Below, piece after piece: positions 11,960 to 21,231 of a stretch of 64,000 nt of DNA; position 1 is the stretch's first letter, and each line of letters starts with the position of its first letter. The notes beneath the pieces were generated by a model that saw only the letters and a list, made by a program, of their open reading frames with translations, was not told where the DNA came from and did not search any database. Source of the stretch: Candidatus Eiseniibacteriota bacterium (GTDB taxonomy: Bacteria; Eisenbacteria; RBG-16-71-46); NCBI GenBank assembly GCA_963776245.1, contig CAVZLN010000006.1:64001-128000 (forward strand), in the 5' to 3' direction. Both the position numbers and the translations under genes were made by a program.

Positions 11960-13153
11960 TCAACTGCCCTGCGAGGCGAGCTGGAGCTCCCGGGCGATGT
12001 GGCGCCGCGCGGCCTCGCCGGCGGCGACCTCCGGGGACTCCCCATGATGCGCGAACACCGGCAGATGCCGGGCCGCGAGCGCGAATGCCACGAAGCCGAA
12101 CGCGACGATGCTGAGCGTCAGCGAGATCTCCGCCAGCGATGGGAAGTAGGTCTTCCCGGCGTAGGCCTCGAGGCTCGTGATGCTGACGTTCATCCGATTG
12201 AGCACCACCCCGAGGATCACCAGGAAGGCGCTCGCGAACAGACCGTTCGGATGCTCGCGGATGCGGCGCTGCGCCAGCAGCAGGATCGGCGCCACCAGCC
12301 CGACCGACACCTCGGCCCACCAGAACCACGTCTCGCCGCGGGGCGCGAACAGCAGCCCCCACTGGTTCCGGTACGCGAGATCGAGGACCTTCATGGTGGC
12401 GAGCACCGCGAGCACCACGAGGCAGATCCGCCCCAGCTCGGTGAGCAGGTTCATCTCGAGCCCGCGCCCGAACGCGCGCGACGAGAGGAACGACTCGAAG
12501 ATGGTCATCGCCAGCCCCACCGCGATCGCCGAGACGAAGAAGAACACCGGCAGGTAGGGCGAGTACCACAGCGGGTAGACCTTCTCCGGCATGATCAGGT
12601 ACATCGAGCCGAGCGACGACTGGTGCAGCGTCGAGAGCAGCACGCCGAGGATGATGATCGGCACCATCACGTTGCGCAGCACCTTGAGCGCCCCCACCCA
12701 GCGGAAGCGCTCGAGCACCATCGGGGCGAACTCCAGGGCCAGCACCGTGGTGTAGAGCATCACGCACCAGGCGATCTCGAACATGACCGAGTTCGGGTTC
12801 CACATCACGAGCGCGTGCCAGATGTTCCACGGCCGCCCCAGGTCCACCATGAGCGCCCCGACCACCAGCAGGTAGCCGAGGAACGCGGTGAGGATCGCCG
12901 GACGCACGATGGGCTCGAACCGCTTGATGTGGAGGATGTGCGTGAGCGCCGCGAGCGTGAACCCGCCCGCCGCCAGCGCCACGCCGCACAGGACGTCGAA
13001 GCCGATCCACATCCCCCACGGGAACTCGTCGCTCAGGTTGGTGACCGCCCCGAGCCCCTTCCAGTAGCGCAACACCGCGCTCACCACGCCGGCGGCGAGC
13101 AGGACGGTGGCCACCGCACCCCAGAACGTGATCTTCGGCAGCCGCATGGTCAT
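11960..13153 (-). CDS. NrfD/PsrC/HybB-family integral membrane subunit
   Basis: TNLSDEFPWGMWIGFD, DLGRPW, SVMFEIAWC, LSTLHQSSLGS. ATGA overlap with the upstream gene. Confidence 0.9.
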   Translation of the reverse strand: MTMRLPKITFWGAVATVLLAAGVVSAVLRYWKGLGAVTNLSDEFPWGMWIGFDVLCGVALAAGGFTLAALTHILHIKRFEPIVRPAILTAFLGYLLVVGALMVDLGRPWNIWHALVMWNPNSVMFEIAWCVMLYTTVLALEFAPMVLERFRWVGALKVLRNVMVPIIILGVLLSTLHQSSLGSMYLIMPEKVYPLWYSPYLPVFFFVSAIAVGLAMTIFESFLSSRAFGRGLEMNLLTELGRICLVVLAVLATMKVLDLAYRNQWGLLFAPRGETWFWWAEVSVGLVAPILLLAQRRIREHPNGLFASAFLVILGVVLNRMNVSITSLEAYAGKTYFPSLAEISLTLSIVAFGFVAFALAARHLPVFAHHGESPEVAAGEAARRHIARELQLASQGS

Positions 13154-13947
13154 GCCCCCTTCCCGGTGTCGGTGGTGTGCGCGTTTGCCTGGGTGCGCGA
13201 ATCGGCGTCGGCGAGCGCCTGCTCGAGGCGCGCGACCTCGCCGCGGCGGTTGGTGATCCACCAGATGCCGTACAGGAAGACCCCGCCCAGCGAGACCACG
13301 CCGGGCAGCGTGGAGAGCACGTTCTCGGTGAGCTCGGGCAGCGGCTCGTGGGTGAGCTGGGTCTGGAATCCCAGCTTCTCGAAGGCGACCGGGCTCAGAT
13401 AGAGGATGGAGGTCCCGCCCACCTCCTCGACGCCGTACACCTTGTCCACGTATCCGCCGGGGTTGGCCGCGATGCGCTCATGCGCCTCCTGGATCAGGGC
13501 GTCGCGGTCGCCGAACTTGGTGGCTCCGGTCGGGCACGCCTCGGCGCACGCGGGGGGCTTGCCCTGCGCGACGCGCTCGGGGCAGAAGCGGCACTTCTGC
13601 ACCTTGGGGTAGTTGCTCGCCCACTCGTAGCGCGGCACCTGGAACGGACAGGCCTGGATGCAGTAGCGGCAGCCGAGGCACTTGTCCGCGTCGTACACCA
13701 CCGGCCCCGCGGGGAGCTTCTCGAACGCCCCCACCGGACACACCGAGACGCAGGTCGGGTGGACGCAGTGCTGGCACATCCGGCGGACGTACGTGCCGTC
13801 GATCTCCTGGATCGCGGTGTACGCGGTCGGCGACAGCCGGGCTTCCGGGGTCTCCGGCAGGTGGTTCTCCGTCTTGCAGGCGGCCTGGCACGCGCCGCAT
13901 CCGGCGCACAGCGTGATGTCGATCAGCATCGCTTTCGGTTTGCTCAT
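13150..13947 (-). CDS. 4x[4Fe-4S] electron-transfer subunit (HybA/FdnH-like) with C-terminal TM anchor
   Basis: CAGCGACQAAC, CQHCVHPTCVSVCP, CLGCRYCIQACP, CRFC...CAEACP. Hydrophobic C-terminal helix. Confidence 0.92.
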   Translation of the reverse strand: MSKPKAMLIDITLCAGCGACQAACKTENHLPETPEARLSPTAYTAIQEIDGTYVRRMCQHCVHPTCVSVCPVGAFEKLPAGPVVYDADKCLGCRYCIQACPFQVPRYEWASNYPKVQKCRFCPERVAQGKPPACAEACPTGATKFGDRDALIQEAHERIAANPGGYVDKVYGVEEVGGTSILYLSPVAFEKLGFQTQLTHEPLPELTENVLSTLPGVVSLGGVFLYGIWWITNRRGEVARLEQALADADSRTQANAHTTDTGKGA

Positions 13948-13961
13948 GGCGGCCTCCCCCC

Positions 13962-14609
13962 TCACCGCACTTCGAGGAATTCGTGGTCGAAGCGCTCCCA
14001 CACGTCGGCACCGACGTGCTTCATGGCGCCCGCGATGGGCGGGCCGCCGTCCTGCAGCATCGCCGGCTCCACCGCGCCGCCCGCGCCCGCGAACACGTCG
14101 CGCAGGCGCCCGAACTCCTCGTCCATCCAGCCGCGCGTCTCGTCGCCGAGCAGCAGCGACTTGAGGTCGGCGTTGCGATCGGGACGGACGTCACAGACCC
14201 AGCCCTCGCAGAACGGCGCGCGCTGGAGCAGCCCGGGCCGGGCGAGCAGCGCGTCGTTGAAGGCCAGCACGTGGCCGTCGATCGGCGCCCGCACGGTGAG
14301 CGCGTGCCCGCCCTGCTCGAGACTCAGCAGCGGGGCGCCGCGCTTCACGTGCGCGCCCGGCTCGGCCAGGAACCTCACCGTGGGCGAGTCGAGCAGGCGG
14401 ACCACGAAGTCGTCCACCCCGAGCCACGCGTGGCCGGACGGGAACAGGTTGAGCCAGGTGTGCGAGCGGGCGAAGAACACCCCGCTCGGGACGCGGACGC
14501 TGGCGGGCGACACCGCCGCCGGCACCAGCGCCGGGACGCGATTGCGGTGCAGCAGCCAATCCACCGCCAGCGCGAGGACGATCGTGAGCACCACGAAGAG
14601 CACGGTCAT
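13962..14609 (-). CDS. Membrane-anchored GcvH-like protein with no lipoyl Lys
   Basis: N-terminal TM helix. SHTWL...LGVDDF, RAPIDGHV..N, PFCEGWV. AAGGAG RBS. Confidence 0.8.
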   Translation of the reverse strand: MTVLFVVLTIVLALAVDWLLHRNRVPALVPAAVSPASVRVPSGVFFARSHTWLNLFPSGHAWLGVDDFVVRLLDSPTVRFLAEPGAHVKRGAPLLSLEQGGHALTVRAPIDGHVLAFNDALLARPGLLQRAPFCEGWVCDVRPDRNADLKSLLLGDETRGWMDEEFGRLRDVFAGAGGAVEPAMLQDGGPPIAGAMKHVGADVWERFDHEFLEVR

Positions 14610-14613
14610 GGCT

Positions 14614-15297
14614 TCACTCCTTACGGAGATCCGGGGATCCTGCGTTCACGGCGAGCGACACGGGATAGAACGCGTCCACGAGCCTCCGCCAGTCATCGTC
14701 ATCCAATCGGTCGCTGAGGTCCGGGACCGCCAGCCCACCGTCGGCCATCGCCGGCCCGGCGAGCGGCGCGAACCACCGCGCCAGCTCCATCTGCTGCGTG
14801 TCCTGCCAGCGCTCGGCCGCGACGCCGTGCAGGAGGTTGTGCACCTCGTGCTCGGCCTCCGCGGGCTCGATGCGGGCGATCCAGCCGTGTTCGAACGGCG
14901 AGTCGCTCACCAGCCCGGGATCGCGATCGAGCGCGCGGTTGGTCTCGAGCACCACGCCCGACATCGGCGCGGTCACCGGCAGCGTGCGGCGCCCGTGATG
15001 CAGCGCCGCGTACGGCTCGCCCTGGCGGATGCGCGCGCCCGGCTGGGGCCGGTCGATGCGCTCGACCCGGCCGAGCAGCCGGACCGGCAGGTCCGTCACC
15101 CCGATGCGCGCCTCGCGCGTGCCCCGGGTCACCACCCAGGCGTGACCCGGATGGAGCCAGCGCGCGCGCGGCGCTCGGGGATGCTGTCCCCGGGTGGCCG
15201 CGAGCGTCGCGGGCACCTCGGCGGTCGGCGTCGGGAACACCAGCGCCTCGATGACGAAGAACGTCGCCACCGTGAGAAGCACCAGGATGATCACCAT
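14614..15297 (-). CDS. Membrane-anchored GcvH-like protein with no lipoyl Lys
   Basis: N-terminal TM helix. HPGHAWV...RIGVTD, APMSGVV.ETN, SPFEHGWIARIEP. GGAGGT RBS. Confidence 0.8.
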   Translation of the reverse strand: MVIILVLLTVATFFVIEALVFPTPTAEVPATLAATRGQHPRAPRARWLHPGHAWVVTRGTREARIGVTDLPVRLLGRVERIDRPQPGARIRQGEPYAALHHGRRTLPVTAPMSGVVLETNRALDRDPGLVSDSPFEHGWIARIEPAEAEHEVHNLLHGVAAERWQDTQQMELARWFAPLAGPAMADGGLAVPDLSDRLDDDDWRRLVDAFYPVSLAVNAGSPDLRKE

Positions 15298-15346
15298 CGC
15301 CCACCTCCCCGACAGGGGACTGAACCCTCGACCCACGACGTTCCAT

Positions 15347-15363
15347 ATGGAAGGGCCGTGCCA
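15347..15363 (-). promoter_or_regulatory. Putative sigma54 -24/-12 promoter of the gcvH-like operon
   Basis: Minus strand TGGCACGGCCCTTCCAT versus consensus TGGCACG-N4-TTGC (one mismatch at -12), 50 bp upstream of ATG 15297. Confidence 0.55.
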
Positions 15364-15523
15364 CGCCTCGCGTGGCACGCTGAACGCCGTGCGCGCGCAC
15401 GCGTTGAGTGACCGCGCGGGTGCCGGGTGCGCCGGCCCGGGACTGTGGGGTAGCGCTACACCCGGTCGCGAGCGGATCGCGCCGCGCTCGGCAACTCCCG
15501 CCCCGCGCGTCGGTTGGATGCGG

Positions 15524-15562
15524 TGTCGGATTTCCCGGCAGCGAGTGTCGAACTTCTCCACA
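15524..15562. promoter_or_regulatory. Tandem putative enhancer-binding-protein sites
   Basis: TGTCGGATTTCCCGGCA (15524-15540) and TGTCGAACTTCTCCACA (15546-15562) start 22 bp apart and lie about 160-200 bp upstream of the sigma54-like promoter. Confidence 0.45.
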
Positions 15563-15706
15563 GAAACGACGGGCCGGGTGTCGCGAAGGCGGTCGGGAGC
15601 GCGCGCGGGCGAAGCGCACGCGGGCGACGGCACCGATTTGTCGGACGCGGCGCGAGCGCATAGATTGGAGTTCGCAGGGATCCCCAGGATCGTGTCGGAG
15701 GCTCGC

Positions 15707-17319
15707 ATGCCCCAGAGGATTTTGCTCGGAGATGAGGCCGTCGCGCTGGGCGCGGTCCATGCTGGACTCACCGCCGCCTACTCCTACCCGGGCACTCCCG
15801 CGACCGAGATCATGGAGTCGCTCCAGGCCCATCGCGCCGCCCACGGCGGGCCGCACGCCACCTGGTGTGCCAACGAGAAGACGGCGTTCGAGGGCGCCCT
15901 CGGCGTGTCGTTCGCCGGACGGCGCGCGCTGGTCTCGATGAAGCACGTCGGCCTCAACGTGGCCGCCGATCCCTTCATGAACTCCGCGCTGGTCGAGGTC
16001 CACGGCGGGCTGGTGCTCGCGGTCGCCGACGACCCCGGCATGCACTCGTCGCAGAACGAGCAGGACAGCCGCTACTACGCCGACTTCGCCCGCGTGGTGT
16101 GCCTCGAGCCCGCGAACCAGCAGGAGGCCTACGACATGACGCTCGAGGCCTTCGACCTGTCGGAGCGCTTCCGCATCCCGGTGATGGTGCGGCTGGTCAC
16201 CCGGCTGGCCCACGGGCGGACCGTGGTGGACGTCGGCGAACCGCGGGAGCAGAACCCGATCCGACGCGCGCCCCAGCGCACCTCGTGGATCCTGCTGCCC
16301 GGCAACGCCCGGCGGCAGTGGCGCTCGCTGCTCGAGCGCCAGCGCGAGTTCGCCGCGCACAGCGAGGGCTCGCGCTGGAACACGCTCGAGCTGAACCCCG
16401 CCGACCGCTCGCTGGGCGTCATCACGTGCGGCATCGCGCGCGGGTACTTCCGCGAGAACGCCGCGGAGCTGGCGGCGGCCCCGTCGCACCTGCACATCGG
16501 CGCCTACCCCGCCCCGGTCGAGGCCATCCGCCGCCTCGCCGCGACACGTCGGGCGCGTGCTGGTGCTCGAGGACGGGTATCCGTTCATCGAGCGCCAGCT
16601 GCGCGGGCTGCTGCCCCAGTCGCTCGAGGTGCGCGGCCGCATGGACGGCACGCTGCCGCCCGACGGCGAGCTCACGCCCGAGAGCGTGCGCGCCGCACTC
16701 GGGCTGCCGGCCCGCGAGCTCGTCCGGCCTGCCCGGGCTCACGCTCCCGCTGCGCCCGCCCCAGCTGTGCTCGGGCTGCGCGCACGGCACCATGTACCAC
16801 GCGCTCCATCGCGCCATGGAGGGCCTCGACGCGCAGATGGTGACGGCCGACATCGGGTGCTACACGCTGGGCGCGCTGCCGCCCTACTCGGCGATCGAGT
16901 CGTGCGTGTGCATGGGCGCCTCGATCGGCATGGCCAAGGGCGCGGCCGACGCGGGGTATCGCCCGGTGGTGGCGGTGATCGGGGACAGCACGTTCCTGCA
17001 CTCCGGCATCACGCCGATGCTCGACGCGGTCTCCGAGGACACCCCGATGACCGTGCTCATCCTCGACAATGAAGCCACCGCGATGACCGGCGGCCAGGAG
17101 CCGCTGCTGCCGGCGTCGCGGCTGCACGAGATCGTGCTCGGCCTCGGCATGGACCCGGAGCACTGCCATCTGGTCGCGGCCACCCCGAAGCTCATGAAGC
17201 AGAACGCCGCGCTCCTGCGCCAGGAGATCGAGCACCCGGGGCTCTCGGTGGTGATCGCGGTGAAGGAGTGCATCCAGACCGCGAAGCGCAAGCTCCGCGC
17301 GGCGGAGGCCACGGCATGA
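15707..17319 (+). CDS. iorA: Indolepyruvate:ferredoxin oxidoreductase alpha subunit (two apparent frameshifts, ~16545 and ~16725)
   Basis: YPGTPATEI, NEKTA, MKHVGLNVAADP, HSSQNEQD, then RPPQLCSGCAH and IGDSTFLHSG in other frames. Confidence 0.88.
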
Positions 17320-17888
17320 GGTACGACATCATCCTCGCCGGCGTCGGCGGCCAGGGCGTGCTGAGCATGGCCGCCATCATCGGCAGCGCCGCGGCGATCG
17401 AGGGCCTGAAGGTGAAGCAGTCCGAGGTGCACGGCATGTCCCAGCGCGGCGGCGCGGTGGTGGCGCACCTGAGACTCTCCGACCAGCCGATCGCCTCCGA
17501 CCTGGTGCCCCAGGGCACCGCCGACCTCATCCTCTCGATGGAGCCGGTGGAAGGCCTGCGCTACCTGTCCTACCTGTCGGCCTCCGGCACCCTGGTGACG
17601 GCGCTGAACCCGGTGGTCAACATCCCCGACTACCCCGACATGGACGTCCTGCTCGCCCAGGTCCGCTCGCTGCCGCACTCGGTCACGGTGGACGCCGAGC
17701 GGCTCGCGTACGAGGCGGGCGACGTGCTCGCCGTCAACACCGTGATGGTGGGCACCGCGGCGCGCCTGCTGCCGCTGAAGACCGACTCGCTCGAGCGGGC
17801 GGTGCGCGCCACCTTCCGCGCCAAGGGCGAGCGCGTCGCCGAGGTCAATCTCGCGGCCTTCCAGCGCGCGCGGCAAGCCGCGGCATGA
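17316..17888 (+). CDS. iorB: Indolepyruvate:ferredoxin oxidoreductase beta subunit
   Basis: IILAGVGGQG, SEVHGMSQRGG, NTVMVG. ATGA-coupled to iorA. Confidence 0.92.
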   Translation: MRYDIILAGVGGQGVLSMAAIIGSAAAIEGLKVKQSEVHGMSQRGGAVVAHLRLSDQPIASDLVPQGTADLILSMEPVEGLRYLSYLSASGTLVTALNPVVNIPDYPDMDVLLAQVRSLPHSVTVDAERLAYEAGDVLAVNTVMVGTAARLLPLKTDSLERAVRATFRAKGERVAEVNLAAFQRARQAAA

Positions 17889-20800
17889 CCCCGGACGCCG
17901 GCCTGGTGGCGCGGCTGTTCGAGCGCGCACGGCCTCGCGGGGCGGGCGCGCTCCTCGAGAGCGAGGGCCTCGCGTTGCTCGAGGCGCTCGGCCTCGACGT
18001 GCCGCGCCACCTCGAGCTGCGCGATGCCGCGGCGGTCGCGGCGCTCGCCGCGCCCCCATTCGCCGGGGAGCGCGCCGTGGTCAAGGTGGTGAGTACCCGC
18101 ATCCGCCACAAGACCGAGGCGGGCGGGGTGGCCATCGTCCCCAACACCGTCGCGTCCATCGGCGCGGCGGCGCGGGACATGGAGCGCCGCCTGCCCGCGG
18201 CCGACGTGGACGGATTCATGATCAGCGAGTACGTGCCGTTCTCGCCGGCCCTCGGGCACGAGCTGCTGGTCGGGCTGCGCTGGACCGACGACTTCGGCGC
18301 GGTCGTGACGGTGGGCGCCGGCGGGGTGGCGACCGAGTTCCTGGCCGGCGCGTTCCGCGACGACAGCGCGCTCGCCGTGCTCTCCCCCGCGCTCGCGCGC
18401 GGCGACGAGATCGAGCGCGCGCTGGCGCGCGTGACCGCGGTGCGGCGGGTGACCGAGCCGCTGCGCGGCCAGCCGCCGCCGCTCGAGATGTCGCGCCTCG
18501 CCGACGTGGTGCGCCGCTTCCTGTGGCTCGCGGAGCGCTTCGCGCCGGTGCCGCTGGCCGAGTTCGAGGTCAACCCGTTGGTGATCTCCGGCGGCCGGCT
18601 GGTGGCGCTCGACGCGCTCGCGACCACCGGGAGCGCGCGCCCGGCGCCGGCGCCCGCGCGCCCGCTCGCCAAGGTGCGCGCGCTGCTCGAGCCGCGCACG
18701 GTGGCGATCGTGGGGGTGTCCGAGAAGGGCCTCAACCCGGGGCGGATCATCCTCCAGAACCTGCTGCGCGACGGCTTCGACCCCGCGCGCATCACGGTCG
18801 TCAAGCCCGGCACCGCAGCGATCGACGGGGTGCGCTGCGTGCCCGCGCTCGACGCGCTGCCGGAGCGCGTGGACCTGCTGGTGCTGGCGATCGCGGCGGG
18901 GCAGGCCCCCGAAGCCATCGCCGCGGCCGCCGACGGCGCGCGCGCCGAGAGCATCATCCTCATCCCGGGCGGGCTCGACGAGCGCCCCGAGAGCGCGCCG
19001 CTGGTGGCGCGCATGCGCGAAGCGCTGGCACGGGCCCGGGCCTCCGCCGGGCGCGGTCCGGTGGTGAACGGCGGCAACTGCCTGGGCGTGCGCTCGGTCC
19101 CCGGACGGGTCAACACGCTGTTCATCCCCGAGCACAAGCTGCCGCTGCCGCGCGGCGCGGCGAGCCCGATGGCGCTGGTGTCCGGCAGCGGCGCGTTCGC
19201 CGTCTCCAAGACCAGCAAGCTCGCGGGGCTCAACCCGCGCTACGTGATCTCGGTCGGCAACCAGATGGACCTCACCCTCGCCGACTACCTCGAGGTCCTC
19301 AAGGACGACGACGGAGTCGAATTGTTCGCGGTGTACGCCGAGGGCTTCCAGCCGCTCGACGGCCTGCGCTTCCTCGCCGCCGCGCGCGCCATCACCGACG
19401 CGGGGCGCACGGTGGTGCTCTACCGCGGCGGACGGACGCAGGCGGGGGCCGCCGCCGCCGCCAGCCACACCGCCGCGGTGGCGGGCGACTACGCCGTCAC
19501 CCGCGCGCTCGCCGCCGCCGCGGGCGTGGTGGTGGCCGACTCGCTCGAGGACTTCGAGGACCTCACCCGGCTGTTCGCGCTGCTGCGCGGCCGCAGGCCC
19601 GCCGGCACCCGCCTCGGCGCGGTCTCGAACGCGGGCTTCGAGTGCGTGGCCATCGCCGACAGCCTGGGCGCCTTCACGCTCGCGGAGTGGACCCCGGAGA
19701 CGCGCGCGGCGCTGGTCGCGCTGCTCGAGCGCGCGCGCCTCGCGGACATCGTCGCGGTGCGCGACCCGATCGATCTCACCCCCACGCTCGGGGACTCCGG
19801 CTTCGCGGAGGTGTCCCGCCTGGTGCTCGAGGACCCGCTGGTGGATGTCGGGCTGATCGGATGCGTGCCCATGACCGGGGCGCTCGACACCCTGGCGCCG
19901 GGCAGTGGCCACACCGACGACATCGGCCGCGAGGACTCGATCGCCGGGCGGCTGGTGCGGCTGTTCCACGCCACCACCAAGCCGTGGGTGGCGGTCGTGG
20001 ACGCCGGTCGCCTGTACGACGCCATGGCGCAGCGGCTCGAGGACGGTGGTGTGCCCACCTTCCGCACCGCCGACCGCGCGCTGCGGCTGTTCGACCGCTG
20101 GTGCGCCGCGCGCCTGCGGGCGCCGGCGGACGAGGCCGGTTCCGGCGTCATGAGCCCCGCCACCCGTTTCGTGCCCGGCGACCATCTCGGTCTCGAGCCG
20201 CTGGCGACGCTGTTCAACCGCGGCTACGAAGGGTACTTCGTCCCCATCCAGCTCGACGCGGAGGCGTTCGCCGTGTATGCGGCGGCGTGGGACCTCGACC
20301 TCGCGGCGACCCGTGTGGCGCTGGCCGGCGGCCAGCCGGTGGCGTTCGCGCTGCTCGGCGTGCGCGGGCGACGCGGCTGGGTCGGCGGCATGGGCGTGGT
20401 GCCCGAACTGCGCGGCCGCGGGCTCGGGCGCGCCGCGATGGACGCGGTGATGGCCGAGGCGCGCGCCCGCGGGCTCGCCGCCGTGGGTCTCGAGGTGCTC
20501 GAGCAGAACACGTGGGCGGCGCGGATCTACGAAGGGATGGGATTCCGCGACACGCGCGCGCTCGAGGTGTGGTCCCGTCCCGCCGACGCGCCGCCGCTCG
20601 CGGCCGAGCCGGCGCCGCAGGTGGCACCGGTGCCGGTGGACGAGGCGCTCGCCGCGCACGCCGCGCTCCATCCGCAGCGCCCGCCGTGGCAGCGCGAGCA
20701 GCGGTCGCTGGCGCGGCAGTCCGATCGGCTCGCCGCGCTCGCGGTGCGGCGGGCGGGCTCCATCGGAGCGCTGGCGATCTTCCACGGCTCGCCCCAGCGG

Positions 20801-21001
20801 GTGTCGCTGCTGGCGCTCGCGGCGCGGCCGGACGCTCCCGCCGGAGCGCTGCCCGCCCTGCTCGCCGCACTCACCGCGGCCCACCCGGGAGCCACGGTCA
20901 CGCTGGCCAACCTGCCGGCGGGCGATCCGGCCGGCGCGGCGCTGGCCGCCGCCGGATTCACGGTGCGCCTGCGCCAGCGCGAGATGACGCGGGCGCTCTA
21001 G
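17885..21001 (+). CDS. ADP-forming acyl-CoA ligase (ATP-grasp, then CoA-binding domain) in frame with a C-terminal GNAT acetyltransferase region
   Basis: VVKVVS..IRHKTEAGGV, EFEVNPL, PRTVAIVGVS, GGNCLG, ASHTAA. After an internal ATG at 20150 come GNAT motifs GVVPELRGRGLG and QNTWAARIYE. Confidence 0.85.
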   Translation: MTPDAGLVARLFERARPRGAGALLESEGLALLEALGLDVPRHLELRDAAAVAALAAPPFAGERAVVKVVSTRIRHKTEAGGVAIVPNTVASIGAAARDMERRLPAADVDGFMISEYVPFSPALGHELLVGLRWTDDFGAVVTVGAGGVATEFLAGAFRDDSALAVLSPALARGDEIERALARVTAVRRVTEPLRGQPPPLEMSRLADVVRRFLWLAERFAPVPLAEFEVNPLVISGGRLVALDALATTGSARPAPAPARPLAKVRALLEPRTVAIVGVSEKGLNPGRIILQNLLRDGFDPARITVVKPGTAAIDGVRCVPALDALPERVDLLVLAIAAGQAPEAIAAAADGARAESIILIPGGLDERPESAPLVARMREALARARASAGRGPVVNGGNCLGVRSVPGRVNTLFIPEHKLPLPRGAASPMALVSGSGAFAVSKTSKLAGLNPRYVISVGNQMDLTLADYLEVLKDDDGVELFAVYAEGFQPLDGLRFLAAARAITDAGRTVVLYRGGRTQAGAAAAASHTAAVAGDYAVTRALAAAAGVVVADSLEDFEDLTRLFALLRGRRPAGTRLGAVSNAGFECVAIADSLGAFTLAEWTPETRAALVALLERARLADIVAVRDPIDLTPTLGDSGFAEVSRLVLEDPLVDVGLIGCVPMTGALDTLAPGSGHTDDIGREDSIAGRLVRLFHATTKPWVAVVDAGRLYDAMAQRLEDGGVPTFRTADRALRLFDRWCAARLRAPADEAGSGVMSPATRFVPGDHLGLEPLATLFNRGYEGYFVPIQLDAEAFAVYAAAWDLDLAATRVALAGGQPVAFALLGVRGRRGWVGGMGVVPELRGRGLGRAAMDAVMAEARARGLAAVGLEVLEQNTWAARIYEGMGFRDTRALEVWSRPADAPPLAAEPAPQVAPVPVDEALAAHAALHPQRPPWQREQRSLARQSDRLAALAVRRAGSIGALAIFHGSPQRVSLLALAARPDAPAGALPALLAALTAAHPGATVTLANLPAGDPAGAALAAAGFTVRLRQREMTRAL

Positions 21002-21231
21002 CCGGAGCGAGCCGCGTCCGTCGCTCGCGACGCCGCGCCCGCCCGCGCGCCCGGCGCGCGCGTTGGAGTCCGCGGAGCGCGGGAGTAGGATGCTCCCATC
21101 CGGACGCTCTGGACCCCAGCGCCGATCCAAGCCAAGTGCTCGCCGGCGCGATCGCGCACCGGCCCGAGGACCGCGCCCCACCCGGGGCCACCCCGCCGGC
21201 CACCCGCGATCGCCCGTGAAAGGGGATCGAG

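Noticed and set aside
11181..13019. Apparent 612-aa GcvH fusion, and similar over-long ORFs 7566-9386, 28029-29600, 30038-32113, 59721-62213
   Set aside because: The N-terminal parts are off-frame read-through over neighbouring genes. The true starts are internal and have RBS or stop-start overlap support.
11181..15297. Glycine cleavage system or hydrogenase-2 operon
   Set aside because: No lipoyl Lys, no GcvP/T/L and no NiFe hydrogenase subunits are present.
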